From positions 1-60,705 of the IMG/VR virus record IMGVR_UViG_3300024999_000109: 60,705 nt of DNA; one strand, given 5' to 3'. A program made the position numbers and the translations under genes. Position 1 is the stretch's first letter; each line of letters opens with the position of its first letter. Shown one piece after another: positions 18,305 to 28,683 of this stretch. The stretch is from a virus (taxonomy: Duplodnaviria; Caudoviricetes). The notes beneath the pieces were generated by a model. It worked only from the letters and a program-made list of their open reading frames with translations, had not been told where the DNA came from and ran no database searches.

Positions 18305-19087
18305 ATGACCAAGAATTTCGACAGCGCCAGAGCCGGCACCGGGACGAAGGAGTGGGCCGAGGTTACGGAAAACATTCAGATCGGTTGTGCTAATGGATGC
18401 CTGTACTGCTATGCCGCTGACAAGGCCGCGAAGATGTACGGCGGATGGTGCAAGCGTGAGGAATGGACAAGCGAGCGGTTGACCAAGCGGGCTATGATGA
18501 AGTCATATCCTGCCAGAGGCGGCGTGATCATGTTTCCCTCTACGCACGATATCACGCCAAACAACGTCAATGCTTATATTCGAGTGGCAAAATTGATACT
18601 CGAAAAGGACAATAGCCTGCTGATTGTCAGCAAGCCCCGGAAGGGATGTGTTAATGAGATGGTCAGGGAGTTTGCCGGACATGAGGATCAGATCCTTTTC
18701 CGTTTCACAATGGGCACTGTGGTTGAATCGGTTTCAGCATTCTGGGAACCCGGTGCACCACTACCGAAAGAGCGCCGTGACTGCCTTCATATAGCCCAGA
18801 GTGCCGGATACAGGACATCGGTATCAATAGAGCCAATGCTGCAGGGATTTCAGATGACGGAAATATTGGTCGAGTGGGTGCGACCGTTTGTGACCGATAC
18901 CATCTGGATTGGCAAGATGAACAAGGCCAGGTTGAGGGTTGATAACAAGCACCGAGCCGAGGTCGAGTTAATTGAAACACTGCAAAATGACAAGCAGATT
19001 ATGTCTCTTTATGAGTGGTTTAAGGATGATCCGGTCATCAGGTGGAAAGATAGTATCAAGGAAGTCGTGGCAAGGAATAGGGCATAA
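18305..19087 (+). CDS. Radical SAM protein (Gp37/Gp68- or SPL-like)
   Basis: GCANGCLYCYA CxxxCxxC; VSIEP. Confidence 0.85.
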   Translation: MTKNFDSARAGTGTKEWAEVTENIQIGCANGCLYCYAADKAAKMYGGWCKREEWTSERLTKRAMMKSYPARGGVIMFPSTHDITPNNVNAYIRVAKLILEKDNSLLIVSKPRKGCVNEMVREFAGHEDQILFRFTMGTVVESVSAFWEPGAPLPKERRDCLHIAQSAGYRTSVSIEPMLQGFQMTEILVEWVRPFVTDTIWIGKMNKARLRVDNKHRAEVELIETLQNDKQIMSLYEWFKDDPVIRWKDSIKEVVARNRA

Positions 19088-19105
19088 CCGAGCGGAGGTG
19101 ATGAG

Positions 19106-20053
19106 ATGACAGATGAAAACGGAATAAACGAGATAGCAGAGTGCATAGAAACCTTGGACAACCTCATAGCGGCAATGGAAATACCGATGATGCCGGCAGA
19201 GATATCCGTTAAAGCACTCAAGGTTAGCCTCCCTGAATTACGAGATAGGCTTTTTGATGCCTATAGTGCCATGGGCGGCGAAAACCATTGGGGGATGGAC
19301 TAGTACTAGGGAACAGTAAACATGAAAATAAATATGTGTCTTACGCTTGATTACCATTGTCCGTGTGGTCATTCTGACGGGTCTTGTGCTGTGTTGGATT
19401 GTCCTAATAACAAAAGCAACCCAGAAAATACAGAAAAACACAGGCCGAGAATCGGGGATAAAGTGAAATATTTGACCACTAACGAGATTTTTACCGTTTC
19501 GCGGATTGAAGGCAACATCTGTCATACTGTGACAGAGCGCGGAGAACCATCATCGTTTATCTGGCGATTTCGTGATGGTTTAAATTCAAAACATATATGG
19601 GGTTCAAAATGAAACTTACAAAAGCAGGCGAATTAACGATGAAAATGGCACAGGTTGGATATGAAAGCTATGCCGCGTACACAGGGAATAAATCTGCTGT
19701 TACTGGTGACGATCTGCCAACATGGGATAAACTGCCTGGACAGGTATGCAATGCATGGTTTGCTGCCGCCGACGGAATGACAAAGTTTTTGGCATCGATT
19801 GGGAAAATAGAGGTTGTTGATAAATAACCAACCTCACCAGGGGATTGAGATGCCTAAAAACATGGATGAGTATTTACGGCGGAATCTTTTAGTGGCGAAG
19901 GCAATTGGCATACGATCCAACGCTGAAGCTGCAAAAAAGAGGATGTTGAAGACCAAAAAGCCTCAAAAATGGATCATTGCCATGCTCGAAGGAATTATCG
20001 AAAGGGCCGAGCAATTACCGGGAGATCTTGCAAAATATAGGGATGAGGCATAA
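19106..20053 (+). other. Four small hypothetical genes (19106-19303, 19322-19612, 19609-19827, 19850-20053)
   Basis: Tightly packed ORFs between boundary repeats 2 and 3. Confidence 0.6.
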
Positions 20054-20066
20054 CCGAGCGGAGCAC

Positions 20067-20882
20067 ATGAAAATAATCAGAGTATTCCCAAGAAGAACAG
20101 CGGCGACACCAGACGACGAAAACGTCAGGGTTGCCGTTGCTCCTGGCTTTTTCGATGAGGCCGACGAGGTGCATGTCTCGGTTATTTTTACTTGGGACTT
20201 GCCGGCCGCTGAACGGTTGGCGAGATTATGGAAACCTGTTGCCGAGGTGAAAATAGGTGGTCCTGCTACCGGGATGGCAGGCGGTGATTTCACCCCTGGG
20301 CAATATGTCAAACAGGGGTATGTGCTGACCTCGCGTGGATGCCCGAACAGGTGCTGGTTTTGTTCAGTATGGAGAAGGGAGGGAACGGAAATCAGGGAAT
20401 TGCCGATAACTGATGGTTGTAATGTGCTGGACGACAACCTGCTGGCCTGCTCGGATGGCCATATCAAGGCAGTCTTCGAGATGCTCAAAGGGCAGAAGAA
20501 AAACGGATATATCCAATTCACCGGGGGCCTTGAGGCGGCGAGGTTGAAACAGTGGCATGTTGACGCACTTAGGGAATTGAAACCAAAGCAGATGTTTTTT
20601 GCCTACGACACGCCGGACGACCTTGAACCGTTGCAGGTAGCCGGCCGGATGCTTCTGGGTGCAGGTTTTACAACTGCCAGCCATGGCCTGCGGGCTTATG
20701 TGTTGTGCGGATACGAAAATGATACATTTGAAAAAGCCGGGAAACGTATGGCCGAGACGATCGATGCAGGGTTTATGCCAATGGCGATGCTGTACCGAGA
20801 TGGAGAAGGGCAACGAGATCCAAAATGGATGAGATGGCAGAGACAATGGGCGCGGCCTGCTATTATGGCACGGAGGATATGA
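20067..20882 (+). CDS. Radical SAM protein with a degenerate B12-binding-like N-terminus
   Basis: VSVIFTW; KIGGP; TSRGCPNRCWFC; LDDNLL. Confidence 0.85.
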   Translation: MKIIRVFPRRTAATPDDENVRVAVAPGFFDEADEVHVSVIFTWDLPAAERLARLWKPVAEVKIGGPATGMAGGDFTPGQYVKQGYVLTSRGCPNRCWFCSVWRREGTEIRELPITDGCNVLDDNLLACSDGHIKAVFEMLKGQKKNGYIQFTGGLEAARLKQWHVDALRELKPKQMFFAYDTPDDLEPLQVAGRMLLGAGFTTASHGLRAYVLCGYENDTFEKAGKRMAETIDAGFMPMAMLYRDGEGQRDPKWMRWQRQWARPAIMARRI

Positions 20883-20883
20883 G

Positions 20884-22993
20884 ATGAAACCAGGAGACGA
20901 AGTAATGGCAAGCGATTTCGACGGAGATATCCAAACCATAGGCGTAAGGGCGATTTTTGTCGGGATGTCAGAGGATGGGAAATTCCAGACTAGGCCGGCC
21001 GAGCCAGGGAGATACAAAAAAGACATCGTTGAGTGGAAATATTGCGAGCTGGCGTGTGATAAGGAGATGAGATGAAACAGTACAGACTGCTGAGCGATGG
21101 GGAGATTACCCAGGCTGGTGACGAATATTATGGCCCGAAGGACGGATGGTTAGAATTGAGCGAAATTACCATTGGTAAGCCATACAAGGACGGTTTAATG
21201 CGTCCAGTCCGCCGCCTAATCGAACAAGTCCAGCCAGATATCCCGGCAGATGGCGAGCCGGTGATTGTGTGGCACGCCGATGAAGTTAAGTATAAGCGGT
21301 ATTCAACCGGGAAAATAATTGACGGGCGGCTGGAGTGCTACCAGTACGGGGCCACCAAATGGTCATCAGATAGTATGCCGTGTCGATGGGCGAACTGGCG
21401 TAGGCCAACAAAAGAAGAACTAGCCTGAGCGCATACCCAGGCATATGCCAGCACGGAAATTGATCTTGGGGTGAAATTGGAGGTTTTGGGGATATGCCGG
21501 AAAAAATCAGCGCAAGAAAACTGAAAAGCTATCAACGGGCCGAAGCGGTGGCGAGAGAGCTCAGATGCCAGTTGGCAGATGCCCGCCATGCCAATGATAT
21601 GAATTACGCGAAACTGTTCAGGCTTCTAGCGTCATGGATGCAAACAACCGGAAAGATTAAATATGATCGGCCGGAATAAGGAGGGTTGATATGGCAAAGA
21701 TAAAACCAACAACACCCGATGGCCTATCATTCGCCCAAAAGTGCGACGAAATATCGACAGCAATCCGCCATCTCCACAACTGCCGTATGTGCCTGGAGGA
21801 AGTCTACGCCCAGGTCGGACCGCAGGCGCCGGATGGGGTTGATTCGTATCTGTGGCAGCGGGTGGCTGGGTTGGTTGGGGAGGATGGGTGATGAATACAG
21901 GAGCAATAATGACGGTAGCACTATTCGCAGGGTTCGCTGCCTGTATGTGGGCCGTTGCTTGGCTGGCAAGCCGAGGGATGACCGGATGGGGTTGGATTCT
22001 TTTTGTCTCTATCCTGTTTTTCGGAAATATCCACATCAAGCACACAGACATAGCTAAATGCCCAAATTGCCACACGACGTTCAAGGTTGACAGCGCTGAG
22101 CGCAGCGCCGGGGAGGAACGATGAACCTACACGGCGAAATAATGAACATCCCAAGCAAGCCCTTCAGGTTGGTGTTCAACGGGCCAGGAGAGCTGAACGC
22201 CTACCTGTACGGCCACCGGGACGCTCGCCACGCAGCCGCTGAATTGGCCTTGAAATATGACGCTATCGCCGCCTCACTCCGTCGCCTGACCGCAGCAGTA
22301 CGCCAAGCCGGGGATATCTCGGCATGGCCGGTGTGTGGCGAGGGTGATGTGGTGGCGGCGATGGTTGAGGCTGAAAAGTTAATAGGAGGTTGATGGGTGA
22401 GCAAAATAACAAACGATGCAAAGGGTATTATAGGGCACCGCGTTGGCGGCGACCCGGAAAACGAGAACGATAATTTCTATATCTGTGCGGCCTGCGGTCA
22501 GGCTGTCGATTGTCGGGATCTCGGCCAGGTTTTTCATCACGAAGAACTTGGACACGAGCCAATTGACCCAAACTGAGGGGCGACGATGAAAGAATACTAT
22601 GAGAACCATAAAGTTTGTCCAAAATGCGGGGAACCTCCAAGCAAAAGTACATACGTGGGATTCCTGCAACCGCCAGACACAAACCAAGTTGAGTGTAAAT
22701 GCGGATGGAAGGGAATCGTTGACGACCTCTGCCCGCTAGTGCTCTTTTTTTCTGAGACGACCTGGAAGTTATAAGGGGCTGCTATGACCGGCAAGGAAGA
22801 ACGAGAGAGGAAGCGGGCGAGCGCGATAGAGGCGTATGTAACAATGTATCGGTCGGCTCTAGTGGCGGTAGCGGAAAAGAGGATCACTGGAGAAATATCG
22901 GTTTTGATCAAGGCTCACTGCGGAGGCTTTCACGAACACGTTCTACGGGTTACCGAGGAAGTGAGGGTTATGGAAGAGGGAAGAGAAATTTAA
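20884..22993 (+). other. Run of small hypothetical genes (starts 20884, 21072, 21494, 21691, 21891, 22121, 22397, 22586, 22784)
   Basis: Coupled short ORFs with RBSs, several with CxxC motifs. Confidence 0.6.
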
Positions 22994-23023
22994 GGCAGGA
23001 AATCGGCAATAACAATTTTTATT

Positions 23024-23051
23024 TTGCATAACGTGAAAAATACTGTATGAT
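23024..23051 (+). promoter_or_regulatory. Candidate late promoter
   Basis: TTGCAT...TATGAT in AT-rich intergenic DNA. Confidence 0.55.
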
Positions 23052-23106
23052 TGGGTAAATATTTGTAGTTTCTTTGGTGCGAACGAGACCCCTAACCACG
23101 GAATCT

Positions 23107-23145
23107 AGCCCAGTATCCTCGAAAAGAGGGTGCTGGGCTTTTTTT
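23107..23145 (+). terminator. Intrinsic terminator in the late leader
   Basis: agcccagtatcctc-gaaaa-gagggtgctgggct plus T-run. Confidence 0.85.
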
Positions 23146-23236
23146 ATTGGTGCTGACTACATGAAAGGATTGGCTGAAGTCCATCTCCCGAACGACAAAT
23201 ACCGGGAAGGATGGGACAGAATATTCGGAGGCAAGA

Positions 23237-23446
23237 ATGCTGGATCTGAAGGGTTTCAGGGTGGACGAGGTGGAGATCAAAGCCGAGCTGGCGGAACTGA
23301 AGACCGGCGAGAAAGTCTTTCTCCTGTCGATACCGGGGATGCGTGAGGGCGTGGCTGTAGCGCAGGATGATATCGAGTCCGGGGCCATCACTCCGCAGAT
23401 GTGCTACGAGATGGTCGGGCAGGCTTGGCTTGATGAGCAGGGGTGA
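23237..23446 (+). CDS. Hypothetical protein
   Basis: GGAGG RBS; overlapped in another frame by ORF 23161-23346. Confidence 0.6.
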   Translation: MLDLKGFRVDEVEIKAELAELKTGEKVFLLSIPGMREGVAVAQDDIESGAITPQMCYEMVGQAWLDEQG

Positions 23447-23452
23447 GAATAT

Positions 23453-23537
23453 GGAGACGTGGCGGAATGGTAACGCGCCCGGCTGTAACCCGGCAGCACC
23501 GAATAGGTTCGAGGTTCAAATCCTCGCGGCTCCACCA
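23453..23537 (+). tRNA. tRNA-Tyr(GTA)
   Basis: ggagacg/cggctcc acceptor; loop CTGTAAC; GTTCAAATC; long variable arm; CCA end. Confidence 0.88.
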
Positions 23538-23540
23538 ATA

Positions 23541-23630
23541 GGAAGGTTGGCAGAGGATGGTAATGCGCGTGATTGCTAATCACAGGCAGGTGGAAAAGCC
23601 TCATTGGTTCGAATCCAATACCTTCCTCCA
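23541..23630 (+). tRNA. tRNA-Ser(GCT)
   Basis: ggaaggt/accttcc acceptor; loop TTGCTAA; GTTCGAATC; CCA end. Confidence 0.9.
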
Positions 23631-23633
23631 TGG

Positions 23634-23719
23634 GGAAGATGCCGCTAAATGGTCGGCAACCGGTCTTGAAAACCGGGGTGCGGTAACACGCAGGGGTTCG
23701 ATTCCTCCATCTTCCTCCA
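23634..23719 (+). tRNA. tRNA-Ser(TGA)
   Basis: ggaagat/atcttcc acceptor; ccggt-CTTGAAA-accgg; GTTCGATTC; CCA end. Confidence 0.92.
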
Positions 23720-23873
23720 GTAAACAAATATGACCATCGACGACCTAATAGAGATCCTTTACCGATGCGCGAAACAATTCATAGCATTGATTGACAAGAA
23801 GCGAGCAGAACTGAAGTAATACATAATCCACCCGTCACGCTTCGGCCTCACGGTTGAGATAAGCCATCACGCG

Positions 23874-23917
23874 AAAGCCTCATGGAGACGACATTGGTCG
23901 TTTCTGTGGGGCTTTTT
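23874..23917 (+). terminator. Intrinsic terminator upstream of terminase
   Basis: aaagcctcatggagacgac-attg-gtcgtttctgtggggcttttt. Confidence 0.75.
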
Positions 23918-24014
23918 GGTTTGTTAGGCAAAGGAAAGTATAACCCCGGCGTTTTGCGAGACAACCAAAAACGGATGTGTAATAAAATCAAAGCATAAAT
24001 CGCAAGGGAAAAAA

Positions 24015-24563
24015 TTGGCTGAAAAGGCGAAAATGGAGCGGAAACTGACCATAAACCAGGAAAAATTCGCACAAGAATACGTGCTGACTGGTAACTCAGC
24101 AGGAGCTTATCGCACAGCCTATCCTAAGTCGTTGAAGTGGAAAGACAATTCAGTATATCGAGAATCATCAATATTATTAACAAATCCAAAGGTTTCCCAA
24201 AGGGTCAAGGAATTACAGGAAAGAGTGCTGGATAAATTCGACATCAGCGCCGAACGCCTACTCCTTGAACAGTCCAGAATAGCCCTATTCGACTTCCGCA
24301 AACTCTTCACCGAAGATGGCCGGCTGATCAGCCCGGTCGATATGCCGGATGAAGTCGCGGCGGTTGTGTCGAGCGTCAAGGTTTCAAGGGTGAGGCGATC
24401 ACCAGATGACGAGACTGAGGAAGACATTGTCGAGTTGAAACTCTGGAACAAGAACAATTCCATCGACAGCCTGTTCAAGCACAAGGGCCTTTACGAGAAG
24501 GACAACACACAGAGCACTCCGCAATTCAATCTCACCATTTCCCCCCTGGATGCGAAGATATGA
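24015..24563 (+). CDS. terS: Terminase small subunit
   Basis: LTINQEKFAQEY..GNSAGAYRTAY; coupled to terL. Confidence 0.9.
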   Translation: MAEKAKMERKLTINQEKFAQEYVLTGNSAGAYRTAYPKSLKWKDNSVYRESSILLTNPKVSQRVKELQERVLDKFDISAERLLLEQSRIALFDFRKLFTEDGRLISPVDMPDEVAAVVSSVKVSRVRRSPDDETEEDIVELKLWNKNNSIDSLFKHKGLYEKDNTQSTPQFNLTISPLDAKI

Positions 24564-25906
24564 CCTTCTCTCTTACACAGAGACAGCATGAAGCAATGCA
24601 GGTTCTCGCCGGAGATTCAACCCATATCATGCTCTTTGGTGGCTCCAGGTCTGGCAAGACATTCCTCCTTTGCCGGGCGGTTATCATGAGGGCAATCAAA
24701 GCCCCGGAATCACGCCACGCAATCCTCCGCTTTCGATTCAATCATGTCAAGAACTCGGTAGTGCTCGATACCTTCCCCAAGGTTATGAGGCTGTGCTTTC
24801 CCGACATTCAATACCGGATAGACAAAACAGACTGGTATTGCCAGCTGGATAACGGGTCACAGATATGGTTTGGCGGGTTGGATGACAAGGAACGGTCAGA
24901 GAAGATCCTTGGGATGGAGTTTGTGACCATCTATCTCAACGAGTGCTCACAGATTCCTCAGTCTTCCAGGGACATCGTTGTCACCCGCCTGGCGCAGCAG
25001 GTTGACCAGTTGATCACCGGGCAGAAACCGACGCCATTGCAGCCTCGCATGTATTACGACTGCAACCCTCCAAGTAAGGCGCACTGGTCGTATCGGTTGT
25101 TTGTGCTGAAGATGGACCTCGATACCAAGCAGGCCCTGGCCAAGCCGGAAGACTACTCATACTTCAAAATCAATCCTCAAGACAACGAGCAGAACCTATC
25201 TGCCGGCTACCTGCAAACGCTCCAAGGACTAGGGGCAAGGCTCAGAAAGAGGTTCCTTGAGGGTGAATTTGCCGAGGCCACACAGAACAGCCTGTTTGAT
25301 GAAACGAACATCGACAAATGGCGGCTGATATCATCCGAAGACGTTCCCGAGATGGTGCGAATAGTTATCGCAGTCGATCCATCCGGTTCAGGTGATGTTG
25401 ATAACGCCGACAACGATGCAATCGGGATAGTCGCTGCCGGCCTCGGGACGGATGGAAATGGCTATATCCTTGCTGACCTCACCTGTAAAGCCGGGCCTGC
25501 GACATGGGGAAGAATAGCCACAGATGCTTTTGACCGGTTCAAAGCAAACACCATAGTTGGCGAGATCAATTTCGGCGGGGCGATGGTTGAGCATGTTATC
25601 CAGACCAGCCGGCCGCGCACTCCATATCGATCTGTCACTGCCACCAGGGGGAAGATGGTCAGGGCTGAACCCGCAGCCGCTCTGTATGAGCAGGGCAGAA
25701 TCAGGCACGTGGGCTATTTCCGCGACCTTGAAGACGAACTGGCTGCATTCACTACCAATGGATACATGGGGCCGGATTCTCCCAACAGGGCAGATGCTCT
25801 AATTTGGGCAATCACTGATCTATTTGGCGAGATTGTGGCTGTAAAGAAGAGGGTAAAACGAGCCATTCAGGGCTATGCCCCCCTTGACGAAGCAATAGGA
25901 TACTGA
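24560..25906 (+). CDS. terL: Terminase large subunit
   Basis: GGSRSGKT Walker A; CNPP; IAVDPS; SPNRADAL nuclease motif. Confidence 0.93.
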   Translation: MTFSLTQRQHEAMQVLAGDSTHIMLFGGSRSGKTFLLCRAVIMRAIKAPESRHAILRFRFNHVKNSVVLDTFPKVMRLCFPDIQYRIDKTDWYCQLDNGSQIWFGGLDDKERSEKILGMEFVTIYLNECSQIPQSSRDIVVTRLAQQVDQLITGQKPTPLQPRMYYDCNPPSKAHWSYRLFVLKMDLDTKQALAKPEDYSYFKINPQDNEQNLSAGYLQTLQGLGARLRKRFLEGEFAEATQNSLFDETNIDKWRLISSEDVPEMVRIVIAVDPSGSGDVDNADNDAIGIVAAGLGTDGNGYILADLTCKAGPATWGRIATDAFDRFKANTIVGEINFGGAMVEHVIQTSRPRTPYRSVTATRGKMVRAEPAAALYEQGRIRHVGYFRDLEDELAAFTTNGYMGPDSPNRADALIWAITDLFGEIVAVKKRVKRAIQGYAPLDEAIGY

Positions 25907-25907
25907 T

Positions 25908-28148
25908 GTGGAAGACGAAACCGAAGTCATAGCCGACGAGCAAGAGCAGCGGGAAATCTTCCAGGCCAAACTTGACGCCTTTGCCGAGGCCAATCTCAAA
26001 ACCCGGGCAGAGGCAATCGAGTTTCGGGCCGCGTGTGGAGTTGAGCGCCGATGGAGGCTGTCGGAGAAGCTGTACGACTATGCCAGCGGCGAGACTGATC
26101 CGACATTCATGGATTACGTGTCTGGTGAGGCCGTGGTCAAGACGAAAGGCCCGAAGCGTAGCCGGGTGACGATGAACATCATCCGCGGGCGATGTGAAAC
26201 CGCAGAGGGTCGTTTCTCTGACACCATGTTGCCGGTCGATGATCGGAACTGGGCGCTGAAGATCACGCCAAACCCTGAAATGGAGGCGATGCAGGACGAC
26301 GACCGGCCAGCCATGCAAGAAGGGATGCCGATCACCGACAAATCAGGGCAACCTGCGAAGATGGCGGATGTTGCCCAAGATATGCGGACCAGGGCAGAAA
26401 AGGCCATGTCTTTGATGGAGCGCGAGGTTGACGACCAACTCACCGAGTGTGATTACAACGGCGAGTGCCGGGATATGATTGCCAAGGCGGTGAAACTTGG
26501 GACCGGCATCCTTAAGGGTCCGTCTGTCGTAAAATCCACCAAGCGAAAATGGGAACCACTGCGTGATATCGACCCTGCAACCGGCAAAGAGATGGTTATC
26601 CACCAACTCAAAACCTCAGAAAACAACCAGCCGGCCAGCAAATCCCTTGACCCTTGGAATGTGTATCCTTCGCCTGATTGCCGAGATGATATCCGGCGAG
26701 CTTCTTATGTGTGGGAGAAGGATGTCATCCGCCCAAGAGAGGTTCGCGACCTAATCGGCCTGCCTGACTACAATGAAGACCAGTTGCGGAAAGTCCTCGA
26801 AGAAGCGCCAGTCAGGACCAGTGTAGCGACCGACAACAGGTCAAATTCCTACCGCACTCACGCTGATCATCTCAATCGCGGCGGGTTGTATGAGATATGG
26901 GAATACCACGGCGATGTGAGCGCAGAAGACCTGGCGCTTCTTGGTTGTGAATGCCCCAACGAAAAGAGCGTTTCCGCCTGTGTCGTCTATATCAACGACC
27001 GCCCTGTAAAGGCCAAGTTGAATACCCTGGATACCGGTGACCTTCCCTATGTGTTCTTTCAATGGACAAGGGTCAGCGACGAGCCGTGGGGGATAGGCAT
27101 TCCGTATATCATGATGTGGACCCAAAGGGTTATCGATGCCGCTTGGCGGGCCAGCATGGACAACGCCGGGGACTCATCCGGCACACAGATTGCGATTATG
27201 GGCCTGGAGCCGATGGACCAGAAATGGGAGATCGGCGGGAAAAGGCTATGGGTTCCAGACGGTGCCACCGAGATTGACGATGTGCGGAAGTGCTTTGCTC
27301 AGTTCCAGATCACCAACCAGCAAGAGCCTCTTCAGAGAATAATTGAACTCGCTCTCCGCTTCGCAGACCTCGAAACTTCCATCCCAACTATTTTCAGCGG
27401 CGAGATGCAGGAGATCCCCGAGACCCTTGGTGCAACGAACATCGTTGTCGATTCTGCCAACGTCTCACTTCGGAACCGAATCAAGAGATACGACGACTGC
27501 GTAACCAGGCCTCACTTGCGGATGTACTACGACTGGAACATGCAGTACGGCAAGAACCCGGAGATTAAGGGTGACTATGACGTTGATCCGCGCGGGGTGA
27601 AAGTCTTGTACGAGAAGGACCAGCAAGCTCAATTACTCCTCCAGGTCTTCAGTCTCAAGGCGGACCCGGATATCAACCGGAAAACAGACTGGGACAAAGC
27701 AATTGAGCAATTCTATTCATCCCGGCGCCTGAACATCCTGAAAGACGATGCAGCAATGCAGGCAGCAGACCAGGCCGCACAGCAGCAACCGCAGCAGGTC
27801 AATCCTGCGCTTGAGGTGGCACAGGTTCGGGTCGAAGGTGAGATGCAGAAAGCCCAACTGGTGCAGCAATCCGACATGGCCGAACTTGAGTTCAAGGCGC
27901 AGCAAGCCGACCTTGAGCGCCAGCACGACCGAGCCATGAAGGAAATGGAATTGCAGGCGAAGATGATGGAGTTTGCCGAGAAGAGAAACATGAACATCGA
28001 AGAGTTGAAGGTGCAGCTTGCCCTCGGGTCTGCCGGTATGAATCTTCAGCGAGAACTGACCGACAAGAAAGCGGCAGTTCCGCAGGTTGTTAAGCCTCCA
28101 ACGGAACCGGCGGGGAAGGCTCCAGCCGGCCAGGCATATCAGCGATGA
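25908..28148 (+). CDS. Portal protein (P22-like, with long C-terminal barrel)
   Basis: 746 aa after terL; GTGILKGP; PWGIGI; Gln-rich coiled-coil tail. Confidence 0.85.
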   Translation: MEDETEVIADEQEQREIFQAKLDAFAEANLKTRAEAIEFRAACGVERRWRLSEKLYDYASGETDPTFMDYVSGEAVVKTKGPKRSRVTMNIIRGRCETAEGRFSDTMLPVDDRNWALKITPNPEMEAMQDDDRPAMQEGMPITDKSGQPAKMADVAQDMRTRAEKAMSLMEREVDDQLTECDYNGECRDMIAKAVKLGTGILKGPSVVKSTKRKWEPLRDIDPATGKEMVIHQLKTSENNQPASKSLDPWNVYPSPDCRDDIRRASYVWEKDVIRPREVRDLIGLPDYNEDQLRKVLEEAPVRTSVATDNRSNSYRTHADHLNRGGLYEIWEYHGDVSAEDLALLGCECPNEKSVSACVVYINDRPVKAKLNTLDTGDLPYVFFQWTRVSDEPWGIGIPYIMMWTQRVIDAAWRASMDNAGDSSGTQIAIMGLEPMDQKWEIGGKRLWVPDGATEIDDVRKCFAQFQITNQQEPLQRIIELALRFADLETSIPTIFSGEMQEIPETLGATNIVVDSANVSLRNRIKRYDDCVTRPHLRMYYDWNMQYGKNPEIKGDYDVDPRGVKVLYEKDQQAQLLLQVFSLKADPDINRKTDWDKAIEQFYSSRRLNILKDDAAMQAADQAAQQQPQQVNPALEVAQVRVEGEMQKAQLVQQSDMAELEFKAQQADLERQHDRAMKEMELQAKMMEFAEKRNMNIEELKVQLALGSAGMNLQRELTDKKAAVPQVVKPPTEPAGKAPAGQAYQR

Positions 28149-28335
28149 ACATACAGGGAGAAGTTATGGGTGAATTACCAAAGAGAATCAGGGTAGCAGT
28201 AAAAACATGCCCGAATTGCAAGGCTGAAGGCATGGAGAAGATCGATGAACCATTACCAGATGGGACGATGTCTTTTTATGAATTCTGCCACGAGTGCTGG
28301 TCCTCTATTGTTTCGTACAAGGACGCTGAATAGCA

Positions 28336-28683
28336 ATGAAATGGGCACTCATTAAAGATCTTCTTGCCTGGCTTTTCCGCTCCCCGGTGCCTCCGGTGAT
28401 TGAGCAGGAACCCGAACCGCTGATCTGTGGTGACAACGACGACAAAGAACTGAACGAGATGTCCGGGACATGGCTGTTCATCAAAGACTGGGCGCTTTCC
28501 GAAATCAAAACCGCCCGGAAGAAGAATGACGCCAGCCTGGATGTTGAGAAAACCGCCGCTCTCAGAGGGGAGATTCGAGCCCTCAAGAGACTGGCAAATT
28601 TACCCAATATTTTAACGAGCCGGGACAACCGCCTCAAATACAACGCCGCCACCGATGGTGCCGGGGGAGAAGACGATGAATGA
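28336..28683 (+). CDS. Small head-assembly protein (Bbp19-like)
   Basis: Between portal and scaffold; TAALRGEIRALKRL. Confidence 0.5.
   Translation: MKWALIKDLLAWLFRSPVPPVIEQEPEPLICGDNDDKELNEMSGTWLFIKDWALSEIKTARKKNDASLDVEKTAALRGEIRALKRLANLPNILTSRDNRLKYNAATDGAGGEDDE

Larger units (their letters stand above)
18283..20063 (+). repeat. Three identical 16-bp gene-boundary repeats GCATAACCGAGCGGAG
   Basis: Copies at 18283-18298, 19082-19097 and 20048-20063. Confidence 0.9.

Noticed and set aside
18283-20063. CRISPR array or integron attC sites
   Set aside because: Spacers are gene-sized, no cas genes were seen, and there is no attC palindrome despite the TAAC
23634-23719. Suppressor tRNA or recoded genome
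   Set aside because: Anticodon TGA reads UCA (Ser); all three stop codons end genes normally
23404-23727. ORFs overlapping the tRNA cluster
   Set aside because: Explained by the three tRNA genes
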